Assembly (NCBI GenBank): GCA_963841435.1
Contig: CAWJCS010000005.1
Location: forward strand, 1,760,001-1,824,000
From: an uncultured delta proteobacterium
GTDB lineage: Bacteria > Myxococcota_A > Polyangia > Polyangiales > Polyangiaceae
Length of the DNA stretch: 64,000 nucleotides
Reading direction: 5' to 3'
Below are positions 48,827 to 58,370 of this stretch, one piece after another. A program made the translations under genes and the position numbers. Positions within the stretch are counted from its first letter, which is position 1; each line of letters starts with the position of its first letter. The notes below the pieces were generated by a model. That model did no database searches. It saw nothing but the letters and a program-made list of their open reading frames with translations, and was not told the DNA's origin.

Positions 48827-50856
48827 CCGAGCACGACCCCGAGCTCGATCGCCTGCTGGCCGAGGAAATCGAGCGGAGACTGCCCGCCCTCGCTTCGCCG
48901 GAGACCAGCAGCGCTGACTCGCGCGCGGCGCTTCACGGCCTCAAAGGCTCGGCGGCGATGGCGGGCCACACCGAGCTCGCTCTCGTCGTCGGACAGCTCG
49001 GCGAGCGCCTGCGCGAGGGGCGCCCGGGGACGCAAGCCGCGCTGCTCGACGCGTTCACGACGGTGCTCCAGCGCCTGCGCGCCGGTAAGCCGCCCTTCGC
49101 CACGACCTGGCCCGAGCCGCCGCCGCCGCTCGAGCCGAGCCGGGTCGATCCTCGTTACGCGCTCGAATACCACGCGGCCATGCGTGATCACCTGACGGAG
49201 ATCGACCGCCTGATCGCCGATGGGAGGCCCGCCGACGAGGTGCTGCAAAGCGCCCAGCGCACGCTCCACGCCATGAAGGGCGCCGCCGCAGGCGTCGGCG
49301 ATGACGTCGCGAGCTGGTATTGCCACGGCCTCGAGACGCACCTCAAACAGGCAACGAGCGAGGGTACGTCGGGGGCCGCCTTGATGCGCCTCTCGCGCGA
49401 TCGCATCCTGCTCGCGCTGCTGGTGGACGACGGCACCCGGGGCCTGCAGACGCTGCGAGCAGTGACGGCACGCGGCGCGCCGCGCCGCGCGCTCACGCCG
49501 ACGCCGAATCCACCCTCGAGCCCGCTTTCGTCCGGGCTCTTCGCCCGCGTGCAAGACCCAGACGAGCTCGCGCTGCGCGTCGGCCCGGCCACGGTGGATC
49601 ACCTGCTCGATCGGCTCGACGGCGTCAACGCGATCGGTGACGACTTGAGCGCCGCAGCGCTCGCCGCCACGCGCATGAGCGCTCGCCTTTCGTCGCTCAG
49701 AGTCACCGTGCTCGACGCCCTGCGCCGCATCGGTCCGGCGCGGCCCTGGGGCCCGCCGCGTGCCGCGCTCTCGGATCTGGAGGGCGCGGCCGACGCGCTG
49801 CGCCGCGCCGTCGTGCGCGCGAACATCGCGGGCGTCACCTTCCGTGGCGGCGCCGATCTCGTCCGGACGCGAGCGCGGGCGATGCGCGAGGGGCTCACGG
49901 CGCTCAGGCGCACCTCGATGGGCTGGGTCTTCGACCGCGTGCGGCCCGCTGTCCTGCGCTTCGCTGATCAGCAGGGAAAATTGGTGCAAATCGTCGTCTC
50001 CGGCGCCGACGTGCCGGTGGATCGCGTCGTCGCCGAGCGGCTCGTCGAGGCCGTTCTGCAGCTCGCCAAGAACGCCGTCGCCCACGGTATTCAGTCGCCC
50101 GAGAAGCGCGAGGCGCTCGGCAGCTCCCGAACGGGGACCATCATGCTGCGGGCTGCGCGCGACGGCGGCTGGCTGCGCGTGCAGGTGGAGGACGACGGGC
50201 GCGGCGCTGACGTCGAGCGCATTCGTCAAGTCGCGGCCGCGCGCGGATTCGCGAGTGCGGAATTGCTCGAGCGCAGCGCGGCGCCCGACCTGATGGGGTT
50301 GCTGTTGCTTCCCGGCATGACCACCGAGGAGGGCTCGGACGTGCTCGCCGGGCGCGGCATCGGCCTCGAAGTCGTGCAGGCGACGGCGCGGCGCTTCGGC
50401 GGTGCCGTTCGCCTTCACAATCGTGAGGCCGGTGGTCTGGTCGCGACCCTGGAGCTGCCGAGCGATCAGACCGTCGTCAACGTCCTTTGGATCGAGGAGC
50501 GTGGCACGACGTTCGCGTTGCCGGTGAGCTACGCAGGTCGCATCGTACTCGAGAGCGAGCCGCGCGGCCCTCGGCTGTCGATGTGCCTCGGGGAGCGCCT
50601 GGCGACACGAGCGCGTTTCGAGGTGGAGCTCATGCTCGCCGGCGTGGGTCCCATTCCCGTCGGCATCGATCGGCTTGGCGGCATCGAGCGCGTCAGCGTG
50701 CGGGCGATTCCTCCGCGCGTGGCGGCGGCCGGCCCGTTCGCCGGGGCCGTCATGCGCGGCGACGGAACGCTGGCGCTCGTTCTGGACGGGCCAGCGCTCG
50801 CCGCGCGGGCGCGCGTGCTGGCCCCGCGCCCCCGCGCGAACGCTGCCAGCGCCTGA
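48823..50856 (+). CDS. CheA-like histidine kinase with two Hpt domains
   Basis: LHGLKGSA and LHAMKGAA; LAKNAVAHGI, VEDDGRG, LAGRGIGL; degenerate C-terminal CheW domain. Confidence 0.85.
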   Translation: MTEHDPELDRLLAEEIERRLPALASPETSSADSRAALHGLKGSAAMAGHTELALVVGQLGERLREGRPGTQAALLDAFTTVLQRLRAGKPPFATTWPEPPPPLEPSRVDPRYALEYHAAMRDHLTEIDRLIADGRPADEVLQSAQRTLHAMKGAAAGVGDDVASWYCHGLETHLKQATSEGTSGAALMRLSRDRILLALLVDDGTRGLQTLRAVTARGAPRRALTPTPNPPSSPLSSGLFARVQDPDELALRVGPATVDHLLDRLDGVNAIGDDLSAAALAATRMSARLSSLRVTVLDALRRIGPARPWGPPRAALSDLEGAADALRRAVVRANIAGVTFRGGADLVRTRARAMREGLTALRRTSMGWVFDRVRPAVLRFADQQGKLVQIVVSGADVPVDRVVAERLVEAVLQLAKNAVAHGIQSPEKREALGSSRTGTIMLRAARDGGWLRVQVEDDGRGADVERIRQVAAARGFASAELLERSAAPDLMGLLLLPGMTTEEGSDVLAGRGIGLEVVQATARRFGGAVRLHNREAGGLVATLELPSDQTVVNVLWIEERGTTFALPVSYAGRIVLESEPRGPRLSMCLGERLATRARFEVELMLAGVGPIPVGIDRLGGIERVSVRAIPPRVAAAGPFAGAVMRGDGTLALVLDGPALAARARVLAPRPRANAASA

Positions 50857-50934
50857 GCCATTTGGGTTACCATTGGCCGACCGGGGCGGGCTCCGGCGTC
50901 GCGCGCCGCCTCGCACATCGGAAGGGGCACCCTC

Positions 50935-51951
50935 ATGTCGAACGCAGTCCGTCATTCGCCGTCCGGAATCATCGAATCCCCGCGCGCCGCCGCGCTGATC
51001 GTCGCGGGCGCTGCCGGCAAGGGGCCGTACGCCGCCGGCGCGCTCGCCGTGCTCGCCGGAGACGCTCGCTTCGACGTGCGGACCGTCGTCGGCGCAAGCT
51101 CGGGGGCGCTCAACGCGGCCGTCTACGCCGCAGGGTTGCGCGCGGGTGCGGCGGCGGACGCCGCCGAGCACCTCTGCGAGCTGTGGCGCGATCGAGCGCG
51201 CTTCGAGCGCATCCTCGGCCATAAGGCGCGGGTCGGCATCGTGCTCGACGCGCTGGAGCGGTTCCGTGAGCGGCCTCGCGACCGGGCGGTCAGCCTCGAG
51301 GTGGTCGTGGCGTCGCTGCCTGGGACTCGTGATCGCTTCGGTCACGTGCGTTTCGAGCGCGCGTTTCGCTTCCACGCCGCGGATTTCGAAGACCGGCGCC
51401 GCCTGCGTGACATCGCCGAGACCGCGGTGGCGTCGGCGGCGCTCCCCGTGCTGTTCGCGCCGCGGCACCTCGCCGGCGAGGGGCCGTTCTGGGACGGCGG
51501 CATCGTGAACAACGCGCCGATTGGTCGCGTGCTCAAGAGCGACGACGAGATCGACCACGTGATCGTCGTCACGCCCGACGCGCTCGAGCTCGGGGGGGGC
51601 TCCTACTCGCGATTTTCGGTTGGGCGCCTGCTCACGATGCTCGTCGACGAGCGACTGGCGCGCGACCTCTACGAAGCGAAGGCGTTCAACGAAGACCTCG
51701 CCGTGCTCGAAGCGAACGGCATACGGCTGCGCGAGCTCGGTGACCTCGGGTGGCGGATTCTCGAGCTCATCGAGATCCGCCCCGATCGCACGTTGCCGGG
51801 CAATCTGCTGTCGGGGTTCGTATCGAAGCCCCTTCGCGCGACGTACATCGAGAGCGGCCGACAGGCGGCTGGCCTCGCGCTCGAGCGCTTTCGCCCGCGG
51901 GCCCGCACCGCGGCGACCGACGACGCCGAACGGGCCGCGAGCACGGGCTGA
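50935..51951 (+). CDS. Patatin-like phospholipase
   Basis: AGAAGKGPY, GASSG nucleophile, SAALP.LF, WDGG. Confidence 0.87.
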   Translation: MSNAVRHSPSGIIESPRAAALIVAGAAGKGPYAAGALAVLAGDARFDVRTVVGASSGALNAAVYAAGLRAGAAADAAEHLCELWRDRARFERILGHKARVGIVLDALERFRERPRDRAVSLEVVVASLPGTRDRFGHVRFERAFRFHAADFEDRRRLRDIAETAVASAALPVLFAPRHLAGEGPFWDGGIVNNAPIGRVLKSDDEIDHVIVVTPDALELGGGSYSRFSVGRLLTMLVDERLARDLYEAKAFNEDLAVLEANGIRLRELGDLGWRILELIEIRPDRTLPGNLLSGFVSKPLRATYIESGRQAAGLALERFRPRARTAATDDAERAASTG

Positions 51952-52113
51952 CGCTGCGCGCCGCGCCAGGCGCGGCGGGCGCGATGCGGGGTGGAACGTC
52001 CGCGGGCCGACGCCGCGCGCCGCGCCGGGCGCGATGCAGGGCGGAACATCCGCGGGCCGACGCCGCGCGCCGCGCCGGGTGCGATGCGGGGCGGAACGTT
52101 CGCCGGCCGACGC
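51950..52113. repeat. 50-bp tandem repeat, about 3 copies, intergenic
   Basis: GCGATGCRGGGYGGAACRTYCGCSGGCCGACGC at 51981, 52031 and 52081. Confidence 0.9.
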
Positions 52114-52366
52114 GTGAAGCGGCGCACGGCCACGCCGTACTTTTCCATCGAGAACAGCGCGCGGCCGTGTGCGGACGCCGTCTCGAGCGCGTGGGCGCCG
52201 TCACCCGTCGGTGTGATGGCGAGCCACGCTCGTGAGCAGGAACGCGGAACACCCCAAGGTGTCGGCACCGGTCCGCTCACAAGTGGCGGCCGCCATGATA
52301 TATTCTAGAGTCTTGCCCTTGCTTGCGCCGGTCGTTCTCGACCGTGCCGACCGAGAAGAACCATCG

Positions 52367-53734
52367 ATGCGCCATCACTCGCTGAGCTATCTGACGAGCG
52401 TCGCTCTCTCCCTCGCTGCCTGCGGCGGCGAGGATCCTCCCGCTGCCGACACCCCCACCACGGGTGGCTCGTCGGGCTCGTCTGCCGCCGGCACGTTGGC
52501 GACCGGTGGCACGGCTGCTACGGGCGCTCAGGGTGGCACTTCCGGAACCGGTACCGGAGGCAGCATCGCCGGTGGATCCGCTGGGAATGGCACGGGCGGC
52601 ACCTCGACCGCGGGCGGTGGCGGCAGCTCCGGCGCGGGCGCGGGCGCGGGCAGCGGCGGAAGCGGCGGAAGCGGTGGAAGCGGCGGCACCTTGGCGCCGA
52701 CCGGCGGCGGCGCCGGCAAGGGCTCCGGCGGCGCGAGCGGTGGTCAAGCGGGAACGAGCGGCGGCAAAGGTTCGGGAGGCGCTGGCGCGGGCAGTGGCGG
52801 TAGCGCGGGATCGGCGGGCAGCGTGGGCGGCGGCGACTGCACGCCCGTGAACCCGAATGCGACCGAGCAAGCGAAGAAGCTGCTCTGCTACATCCACGGC
52901 ATCTACGGCGAGAGCGTGCTTTCGGGTCAGCAAGAGACGAGCTGGGTCAACAATCCCGCCGACGACGTGAACTGGATCAACGGCCAGACCGGCAAGTACC
53001 CCGCGATCCTCGGCGGCGACTACCTCTATCCGAACGGCACCACGAGCCGCGCCAAGGCCTACTGGGACGCCGGCGGCATCCCGATGATCCGCTATCACAT
53101 GGGCGCGCCGCCGCTCTCGGACACGTACGACAACTCGAAGGGCAGCACCGACTACAACGCCGTGCTCACGGCGGGCACCTCCCAGAACAATTCCCTCAAC
53201 TCGAAGCTCGACTACGTCGCGGGCGAGCTCCAAACGTTGCAGTCGGCGAACGTCGCCGTGCTCTGGGCTCCCTTCCACGAGGTGCAGCCGAACGGCTGGT
53301 TCTGGTGGGCGAAGGGCACGGGCGCACAGTTCGTATCGCTCTGGAAGTACACGTACGACTATCTAACCAACAAGAAGGGCATCAACAACGTGCTCTGGCT
53401 GCTCCCGTTCAGCGGCGATCCGGACGCCTCGTACTTCCCAGGCAAGGAGTACGTCAACCTCGCAGGCCCGGACACCTACGACCAGGGGCAACCCTTCGCG
53501 TCCATCTTCACGCGTTCGGTGGGCATCATCGGTACCACGACCCCGATCCCCCTTCACGAGACCGGGGTCATCCCCGATCCGGATGCCATGTTCCCGTCGA
53601 GCGCTCCCTGGGTCCTTTTCAGCGTGTGGGCCGGCTACGAGAAGGACACGTCGCAAAACTCGGCCGCGAGCATCAAGGCCACCTACGAAAACGCCCGCAC
53701 GATCACGCGCGACGAAGTGCCCAACCTCAAATAG
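52367..53734 (+). CDS. GH26 glycoside hydrolase (beta-mannanase-like) lipoprotein
   Basis: Lipobox LAAC, Gly linker, PVNPNAT, TGKYPAI.G.DY, WAPFHE..GWFWW (acid/base), LHETG (nucleophile). Confidence 0.87.
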   Translation: MRHHSLSYLTSVALSLAACGGEDPPAADTPTTGGSSGSSAAGTLATGGTAATGAQGGTSGTGTGGSIAGGSAGNGTGGTSTAGGGGSSGAGAGAGSGGSGGSGGSGGTLAPTGGGAGKGSGGASGGQAGTSGGKGSGGAGAGSGGSAGSAGSVGGGDCTPVNPNATEQAKKLLCYIHGIYGESVLSGQQETSWVNNPADDVNWINGQTGKYPAILGGDYLYPNGTTSRAKAYWDAGGIPMIRYHMGAPPLSDTYDNSKGSTDYNAVLTAGTSQNNSLNSKLDYVAGELQTLQSANVAVLWAPFHEVQPNGWFWWAKGTGAQFVSLWKYTYDYLTNKKGINNVLWLLPFSGDPDASYFPGKEYVNLAGPDTYDQGQPFASIFTRSVGIIGTTTPIPLHETGVIPDPDAMFPSSAPWVLFSVWAGYEKDTSQNSAASIKATYENARTITRDEVPNLK

Positions 53735-53739
53735 GGAGC

Positions 53740-54309
53740 GTGGCAGCGCGCGTGAGGCCGCGAACCATCACCGCGATCGTCGCCGCGGGCGCGCTGTGGG
53801 CGCTGCTTGCCGTCTGGGTCGCCTGGCGGCCTGGGCGCCCTCTTTCGGACACCTCGGCAGATGCGTCCGGCGCCGCCAGCGCGCGCGTCACGGCGACGGA
53901 ACCGGTCGCTTTTCCGAGCGCCGTCCCCCGTCCGGCACCGTGGCCAGCTGCGGCGTCGGCCCCGAGAGCCGCGGCGTCCGTCGTCGTGCCGGTCGCGAGC
54001 GCCGTAACGGAGCTCGACGAGCCGAAGCTCATGGCCGAGCTCCGGCCGCTCGTGGGCAAGGACCCGGAGCGCGCGCTCGAGCTCGCGCGAAAGGGCGACG
54101 CGCGCTTCCCGGACGGACCGGACGCCGCGGAGCGCTCGTGGATCGTGGTAAAGTCCCTGACGGACGTGGGGCGCTTCGCGGAAGCGCGCGCCGAAGCGAC
54201 GCGCATGGTCGCGAGGTTCAGAGGCACGTCGTGGGAAAAGGACGTGTTTCACCATGTGCTCGAACAACCCGCTGGTCCCCCGCCGGGTGCGCGCGAAGAA
54301 AATCAATAG
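53740..54309 (+). CDS. Hypothetical membrane-anchored helical protein
   Basis: N-terminal TM, linker, DPERALELA..G.ARFP.G helical domain. Confidence 0.6.
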   Translation: MAARVRPRTITAIVAAGALWALLAVWVAWRPGRPLSDTSADASGAASARVTATEPVAFPSAVPRPAPWPAAASAPRAAASVVVPVASAVTELDEPKLMAELRPLVGKDPERALELARKGDARFPDGPDAAERSWIVVKSLTDVGRFAEARAEATRMVARFRGTSWEKDVFHHVLEQPAGPPPGAREENQ

Positions 54310-54369
54310 GGCCCGGCGAGCGATAGCGCGTGGCGTTCTGAAAAGGCGCGCTAGATTAGCGAGCCCAAC

Positions 54370-55281
54370 GTGACGACCCAACCCCAGCTCGCCTTCGGCA
54401 CCCCGCGCAAGCTTCCGAAGCCCCAGTCGCTCGCGGGCCGCGTCGGTGTGCTGGACGTGGCGTTCGCGGGTCTCGGAAAAAGCGGCAGCTTCGAGGTCGT
54501 GACGCTGCCGTTCATCGAGGCGCTCGGCCCCCGCCTCGCTGTCTGGGTCGACCACCACGATCACGGCGAGCACGCCCGCTACGTGCGCGACCCTCGCTTC
54601 GTGCTCGCGACGAAGGCCGAGCACGGCGCCTGCCCGGAGATGATCGATCCGCCGCTCGTCGAGCGCATCGGGCCGCTCGACACCATCGTCTGCCACACCG
54701 ACTTCGACGGCCTCGCGAGCGCTGCAAAGTGGCTGCGCGGCGGCGTCGAATCGTACCCGGGCGCCGACGCGGACGCGCGCGCTATCGACACGCGTCTCGG
54801 CACGCCGAGCGCCACCGCCACGCGCTTCGATCGTGCACTGCGAGCGCGGCCCGGTGACCATGGGCTCTTCGGCGTGATCGTGCGTCACCTCACGGGCGGC
54901 CTCGCCGACGTCACGCTCTGGGAGCCCATCGATCGAGCGGGGGAGGAGCTTCTGCCCATCGAGCGCGAAACGCGTCGTGCGGCGCAGAGCTACCGGCGCT
55001 TGCCGCCGGGCGTCGCGATCGTCGACGTGGCGAGTGGCTACGGCCGCATCGACAAGACGCTCCTGCTCTTGCTCGGGCAGGAGCGCGAGCCGGTCAGCGT
55101 CGTCCTCGACCGCGACAACGTGAGCATCGCGGCCCGCTTCGACAGCGGGCTCAATTTTCTCCACCTCTTCGATCTCGAGGGCGGCATGCCGACGCGCGTG
55201 TCGCTGCCGCGCAAGCGGCTGTCGGACGTGCTGTCGCGCCTCAAGGTCGATCCGAGTGAAATCGGGGCTCTCTTGCCGTGA
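54370..55281 (+). CDS. DHH-like phosphoesterase with permuted motif order
   Basis: VLDVAF, WVDHHDH, then CHTDFDGLAS. Confidence 0.7.
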   Translation: MTTQPQLAFGTPRKLPKPQSLAGRVGVLDVAFAGLGKSGSFEVVTLPFIEALGPRLAVWVDHHDHGEHARYVRDPRFVLATKAEHGACPEMIDPPLVERIGPLDTIVCHTDFDGLASAAKWLRGGVESYPGADADARAIDTRLGTPSATATRFDRALRARPGDHGLFGVIVRHLTGGLADVTLWEPIDRAGEELLPIERETRRAAQSYRRLPPGVAIVDVASGYGRIDKTLLLLLGQEREPVSVVLDRDNVSIAARFDSGLNFLHLFDLEGGMPTRVSLPRKRLSDVLSRLKVDPSEIGALLP

Positions 55282-57749
55282 TGCGCGCGCTCCGCTCGGT
55301 CGCGCTCGGTTCGTTCGCGCTCGCGGTGCTCGCGTCTCCCGCGCCCGTGCTCGCGGCCTCGGCGGGGCCCGCCGTCGCGCCCGCCGGCGCCGGCCAAGCG
55401 ATGCTGGGCGTCGGCTACGACGCAAAGGGGGAGCTTCGCGCCGACGTTTGTTCCGCCAAGCCGTGCTCCGTGGAGCGCGGCACGGCGCTCGGTCTGCCTC
55501 GCGACCTCGCGCCCAAGTCCGTGCAAGACCGCGCGCGCACTCGCATCGCAATCATCGGCATCGGCGCCGGCCGTCGCGTCGTCTGGGTCAAGGTCACGAG
55601 CACCGATTCTTCGCGCACGTTCGAGGCCGTCGTGGCAGCACCGCTCGCCGGCAACGCGCCCGTCGTCTTGTTTGCGGGGCTCACCGGCCTCGCGGAGGGG
55701 GAGGACGGCGTGCGGCACGGCGGCATGGTCATCGTGGCCGAGCCGGACGCGACCGGAGCGCGCAGCGTCGCCATCGGCCAAGAGCGCGAGGAAATCTCGT
55801 TGTGCGGGCGCCCGACCATCCTCGAGCCGCGCGTCATCGTCGCGAGCGACCTCTCGCTCCGACCGGCCAAAGTGCAGCGCCTCGCGGCCGAAGAAACCGC
55901 CGCTGCGCCGCGCCTCACGGCAACGCGCGTCACCGGGGACGCCCCGCCGGCCGCCCAGCTCCTGCGCGCCGTGAGCGCCTCGAGCGCGATTGGAGATCCC
56001 GCGGCGCTCACCGACGGCAACCCCGAGACGAGCTGGGCCGAGAACGTCGGCGGCTCCGGCCGCGGCGAGTTCGTCGTCATGAACGCCCCGGCCGATCTTC
56101 CGCTCGAAGGCATCGAGCTCGCGGTGCGTCCCGCGCAAGCGATCGTGCCGGGCGGCGCGGCACCGAAGCAGCTCTTCGTCGTCACGAGCAAGAGCATCTT
56201 CGCCGTCACGCTGCCCGAGGACGCCTGGAGCGCACCGGGCTCGCGCTACGCCGTGCGCTTCCCCGAGCCCGTGCGCGACGACTGCCTCGCGGTCGTGCTC
56301 GAAAGCGCCTTCGACGAGAAGCCCGACGCGCGCGTCACGCTGTCCGAGATCGCGGCGCGAACGGCCTTCGACGCAAAAACCGTCGCCGCGCTCGTGCAGG
56401 CGCTGCCGGGCGGCGGCCAGGAAGCAGAGCACGCCAAGGCGGTGCTTCGGGTGCTCGGCAGGCCCGCGCACGAGGCCGTTGCCGCCGCATTTTCCGGGCT
56501 CGACGAGGGCGGGCGTCGCGTCGCGCTCGAGGTGCTCGACGGCGCAAGCTGTGACCTAAGCGCGGCGCCGTACGTGGAAGCCCTCGGCGGCCCGTACCCC
56601 GCGCAGAGCACGCACGCGCTCGACCACCTGTCCAAGTGCGGCGCCGAGGCCGCACCCCTGCTCGCCGCGCGCCTCCAGGTCGAAAAGGGTCGCGCCTTCG
56701 CCGACCTCGCCGACCAGATCGCGCGTATTGCGCCAGCCGAGGCCGTCGGGATCTTCCTGCCGCTCATGACCGAGCGAGCGGTCTCGCGTCGCGCCGCGAT
56801 GCGCACGGCCCTCGGCCGTATCGCCGGAAATCGCCTCGCACAGGCCTCCTTCCGCAGGGCGTTTGCCGACCCGGCGACACCCCGCGTCGCGTTGCTCGAC
56901 CTCTTGCGCTCGGCGGGTGCCGAGGCGCCGTCGCTCGCTCCCGAATCCAAGCAGGCGCTCGGCCGGCTGAGCAGCGGCACGCTCTCGTTTCGCGAGCGCT
57001 ACCTCGGCGTCGAGCCCACGTCGGCGTTGGCTGGTATTTCGAAGGAGGCGCATGCGGCGCTCGAGCGCGCCCTCGTGGCCGATCCGGACGCTCGCGTGCG
57101 CGCTGCAGCCGCTCGCTCCGTCCGCGACGCGCGTGGCTTTCAGCTCGCCCTCGTCCGCGCCCTGACCGACGACTCCATGCGCGTCCGCCTGGAAGCGACG
57201 CACGCGCTGGCGGGCGCGCCGAACGGCGTCGCGACCACGGCCCTGCTCGGCCGCCTCGACGGCGACCCGTGGCCCACGGTGCGAGCCCGCGCCGCAGCGG
57301 CGCTCGGAGCCGCCTCACCCGCCGCCGCCACCGACGAGCGCCTCGCTCGCGCGCTCGGCGACGATTCTTGGTTCGTGCGGCGCGCGGTTCTCGGTGCGCT
57401 CGGCTCGCGAGGCGCCCGCGCTCACGCGGACATCGTGCTCGAGCGGCTCGACGACGCGGAAGAGTGGCCCGACGTCCGGCGCATGGCCGCCCGCGCCCTC
57501 GGTGAGCTCTGCTACGAGCCGGCGCTCGGCACGCTCACCCAGCACGCGCGCCGTCTCGCCGATCCGTACGCCGCGAGCGACGAACGGGGCATCGCCTTCG
57601 CCGCGCTCGGCGCGCTGCGCGACATCGCCCCGGCGGATCTCCAAAAGCGCCTCGCCCCATTGCTCGATCGCCGCGCCCCCTCCGGCGCGCGCGCGGCCGC
57701 CAGCGCCGCCGTGCAAGAACGCTCGTCGCGCTGCCGCCCGCGCCGCTGA
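55278..57749 (+). CDS. Secreted protein with discoidin-like domain and HEAT repeats
   Basis: Signal peptide; ALTDGNPETSWAE..G.GEF; D...VR..AA.AL repeats. Confidence 0.8.
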   Translation: MMRALRSVALGSFALAVLASPAPVLAASAGPAVAPAGAGQAMLGVGYDAKGELRADVCSAKPCSVERGTALGLPRDLAPKSVQDRARTRIAIIGIGAGRRVVWVKVTSTDSSRTFEAVVAAPLAGNAPVVLFAGLTGLAEGEDGVRHGGMVIVAEPDATGARSVAIGQEREEISLCGRPTILEPRVIVASDLSLRPAKVQRLAAEETAAAPRLTATRVTGDAPPAAQLLRAVSASSAIGDPAALTDGNPETSWAENVGGSGRGEFVVMNAPADLPLEGIELAVRPAQAIVPGGAAPKQLFVVTSKSIFAVTLPEDAWSAPGSRYAVRFPEPVRDDCLAVVLESAFDEKPDARVTLSEIAARTAFDAKTVAALVQALPGGGQEAEHAKAVLRVLGRPAHEAVAAAFSGLDEGGRRVALEVLDGASCDLSAAPYVEALGGPYPAQSTHALDHLSKCGAEAAPLLAARLQVEKGRAFADLADQIARIAPAEAVGIFLPLMTERAVSRRAAMRTALGRIAGNRLAQASFRRAFADPATPRVALLDLLRSAGAEAPSLAPESKQALGRLSSGTLSFRERYLGVEPTSALAGISKEAHAALERALVADPDARVRAAAARSVRDARGFQLALVRALTDDSMRVRLEATHALAGAPNGVATTALLGRLDGDPWPTVRARAAAALGAASPAAATDERLARALGDDSWFVRRAVLGALGSRGARAHADIVLERLDDAEEWPDVRRMAARALGELCYEPALGTLTQHARRLADPYAASDERGIAFAALGALRDIAPADLQKRLAPLLDRRAPSGARAAASAAVQERSSRCRPRR

Positions 57750-57925
57750 GCCCCCGACGCGGCCAACGCCGTCGTCGAGGAGCGTTTCGGCGCCGCCGCG
57801 CCGGTGGGCCCCGTTCGACTTCGGTCGGTTGGATTTGGAGGCGACCGCCGGGTCACGCCGTGGCCGGTCGCGGGCCAAGCCGTTCCACGCCGCGTTCCAC
57901 GCGGCGTTCCTTCTCCGCCCTCCGC

Positions 57926-58369
57926 TCACTCCTCGGCGAGCGCGAGTGCTTCGAGCGAGCTGACGACGGCGCGCATCGCAGAGCGCGCGCTGCTCTTCTT
58001 GCGCGCTTCGGCCTGCTTCTTGGTGGCGCCCGGACCAATCAGACCGAGCCCGACGGGCTTTTTGTGCTCGAGGCTGGCCTCGACGAGCGCGCGGTGCACG
58101 ACGTGCCCCATGACCTCGCCGTGGAGTGTCTCGCCGCGCTCGATGAAACCGAGCACGACCACGGCATCAACGTCTCGCCGCCCGAGCAGCTTGCGCGTCA
58201 CGAGCGGCGTCTCGTACGCCCCCGGCACGCGCACCGTGCGCACGACGCGGGCGCCGAGCTGCTTCGCCTCGTTTGCCGCGGTAAACAGCATCGCGTCGGC
58301 CAGTGAACGGTGGAACTCCGCCACCACGAAGGCGACGCGCGGCTGCTTGACGGGGGGCACGCTCGGCAT
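57926..58369 (-). CDS. ribH: 6,7-dimethyl-8-ribityllumazine synthase
   Basis: VAFVVAEFH, VPGAYETP, DAVVVLG.I.RGETLH, KPVGLG. Confidence 0.92.
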   Translation of the reverse strand: MPSVPPVKQPRVAFVVAEFHRSLADAMLFTAANEAKQLGARVVRTVRVPGAYETPLVTRKLLGRRDVDAVVVLGFIERGETLHGEVMGHVVHRALVEASLEHKKPVGLGLIGPGATKKQAEARKKSSARSAMRAVVSSLEALALAEE

Positions 58370-58370
58370 G

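Noticed and set aside
48589-51558. 989-aa antisense ORF and other long Arg/Ala-rich alternative-frame ORFs (e.g. 17330-19348, 53683-55551)
   Set aside because: These are shadow ORFs expected at very high GC. They overlap well-supported genes and carry no recognisable motifs.
57880-57912. Short CGTTCCACGC tandem copies between convergent genes
   Set aside because: Only 2-3 short copies; too weak to assign a function.
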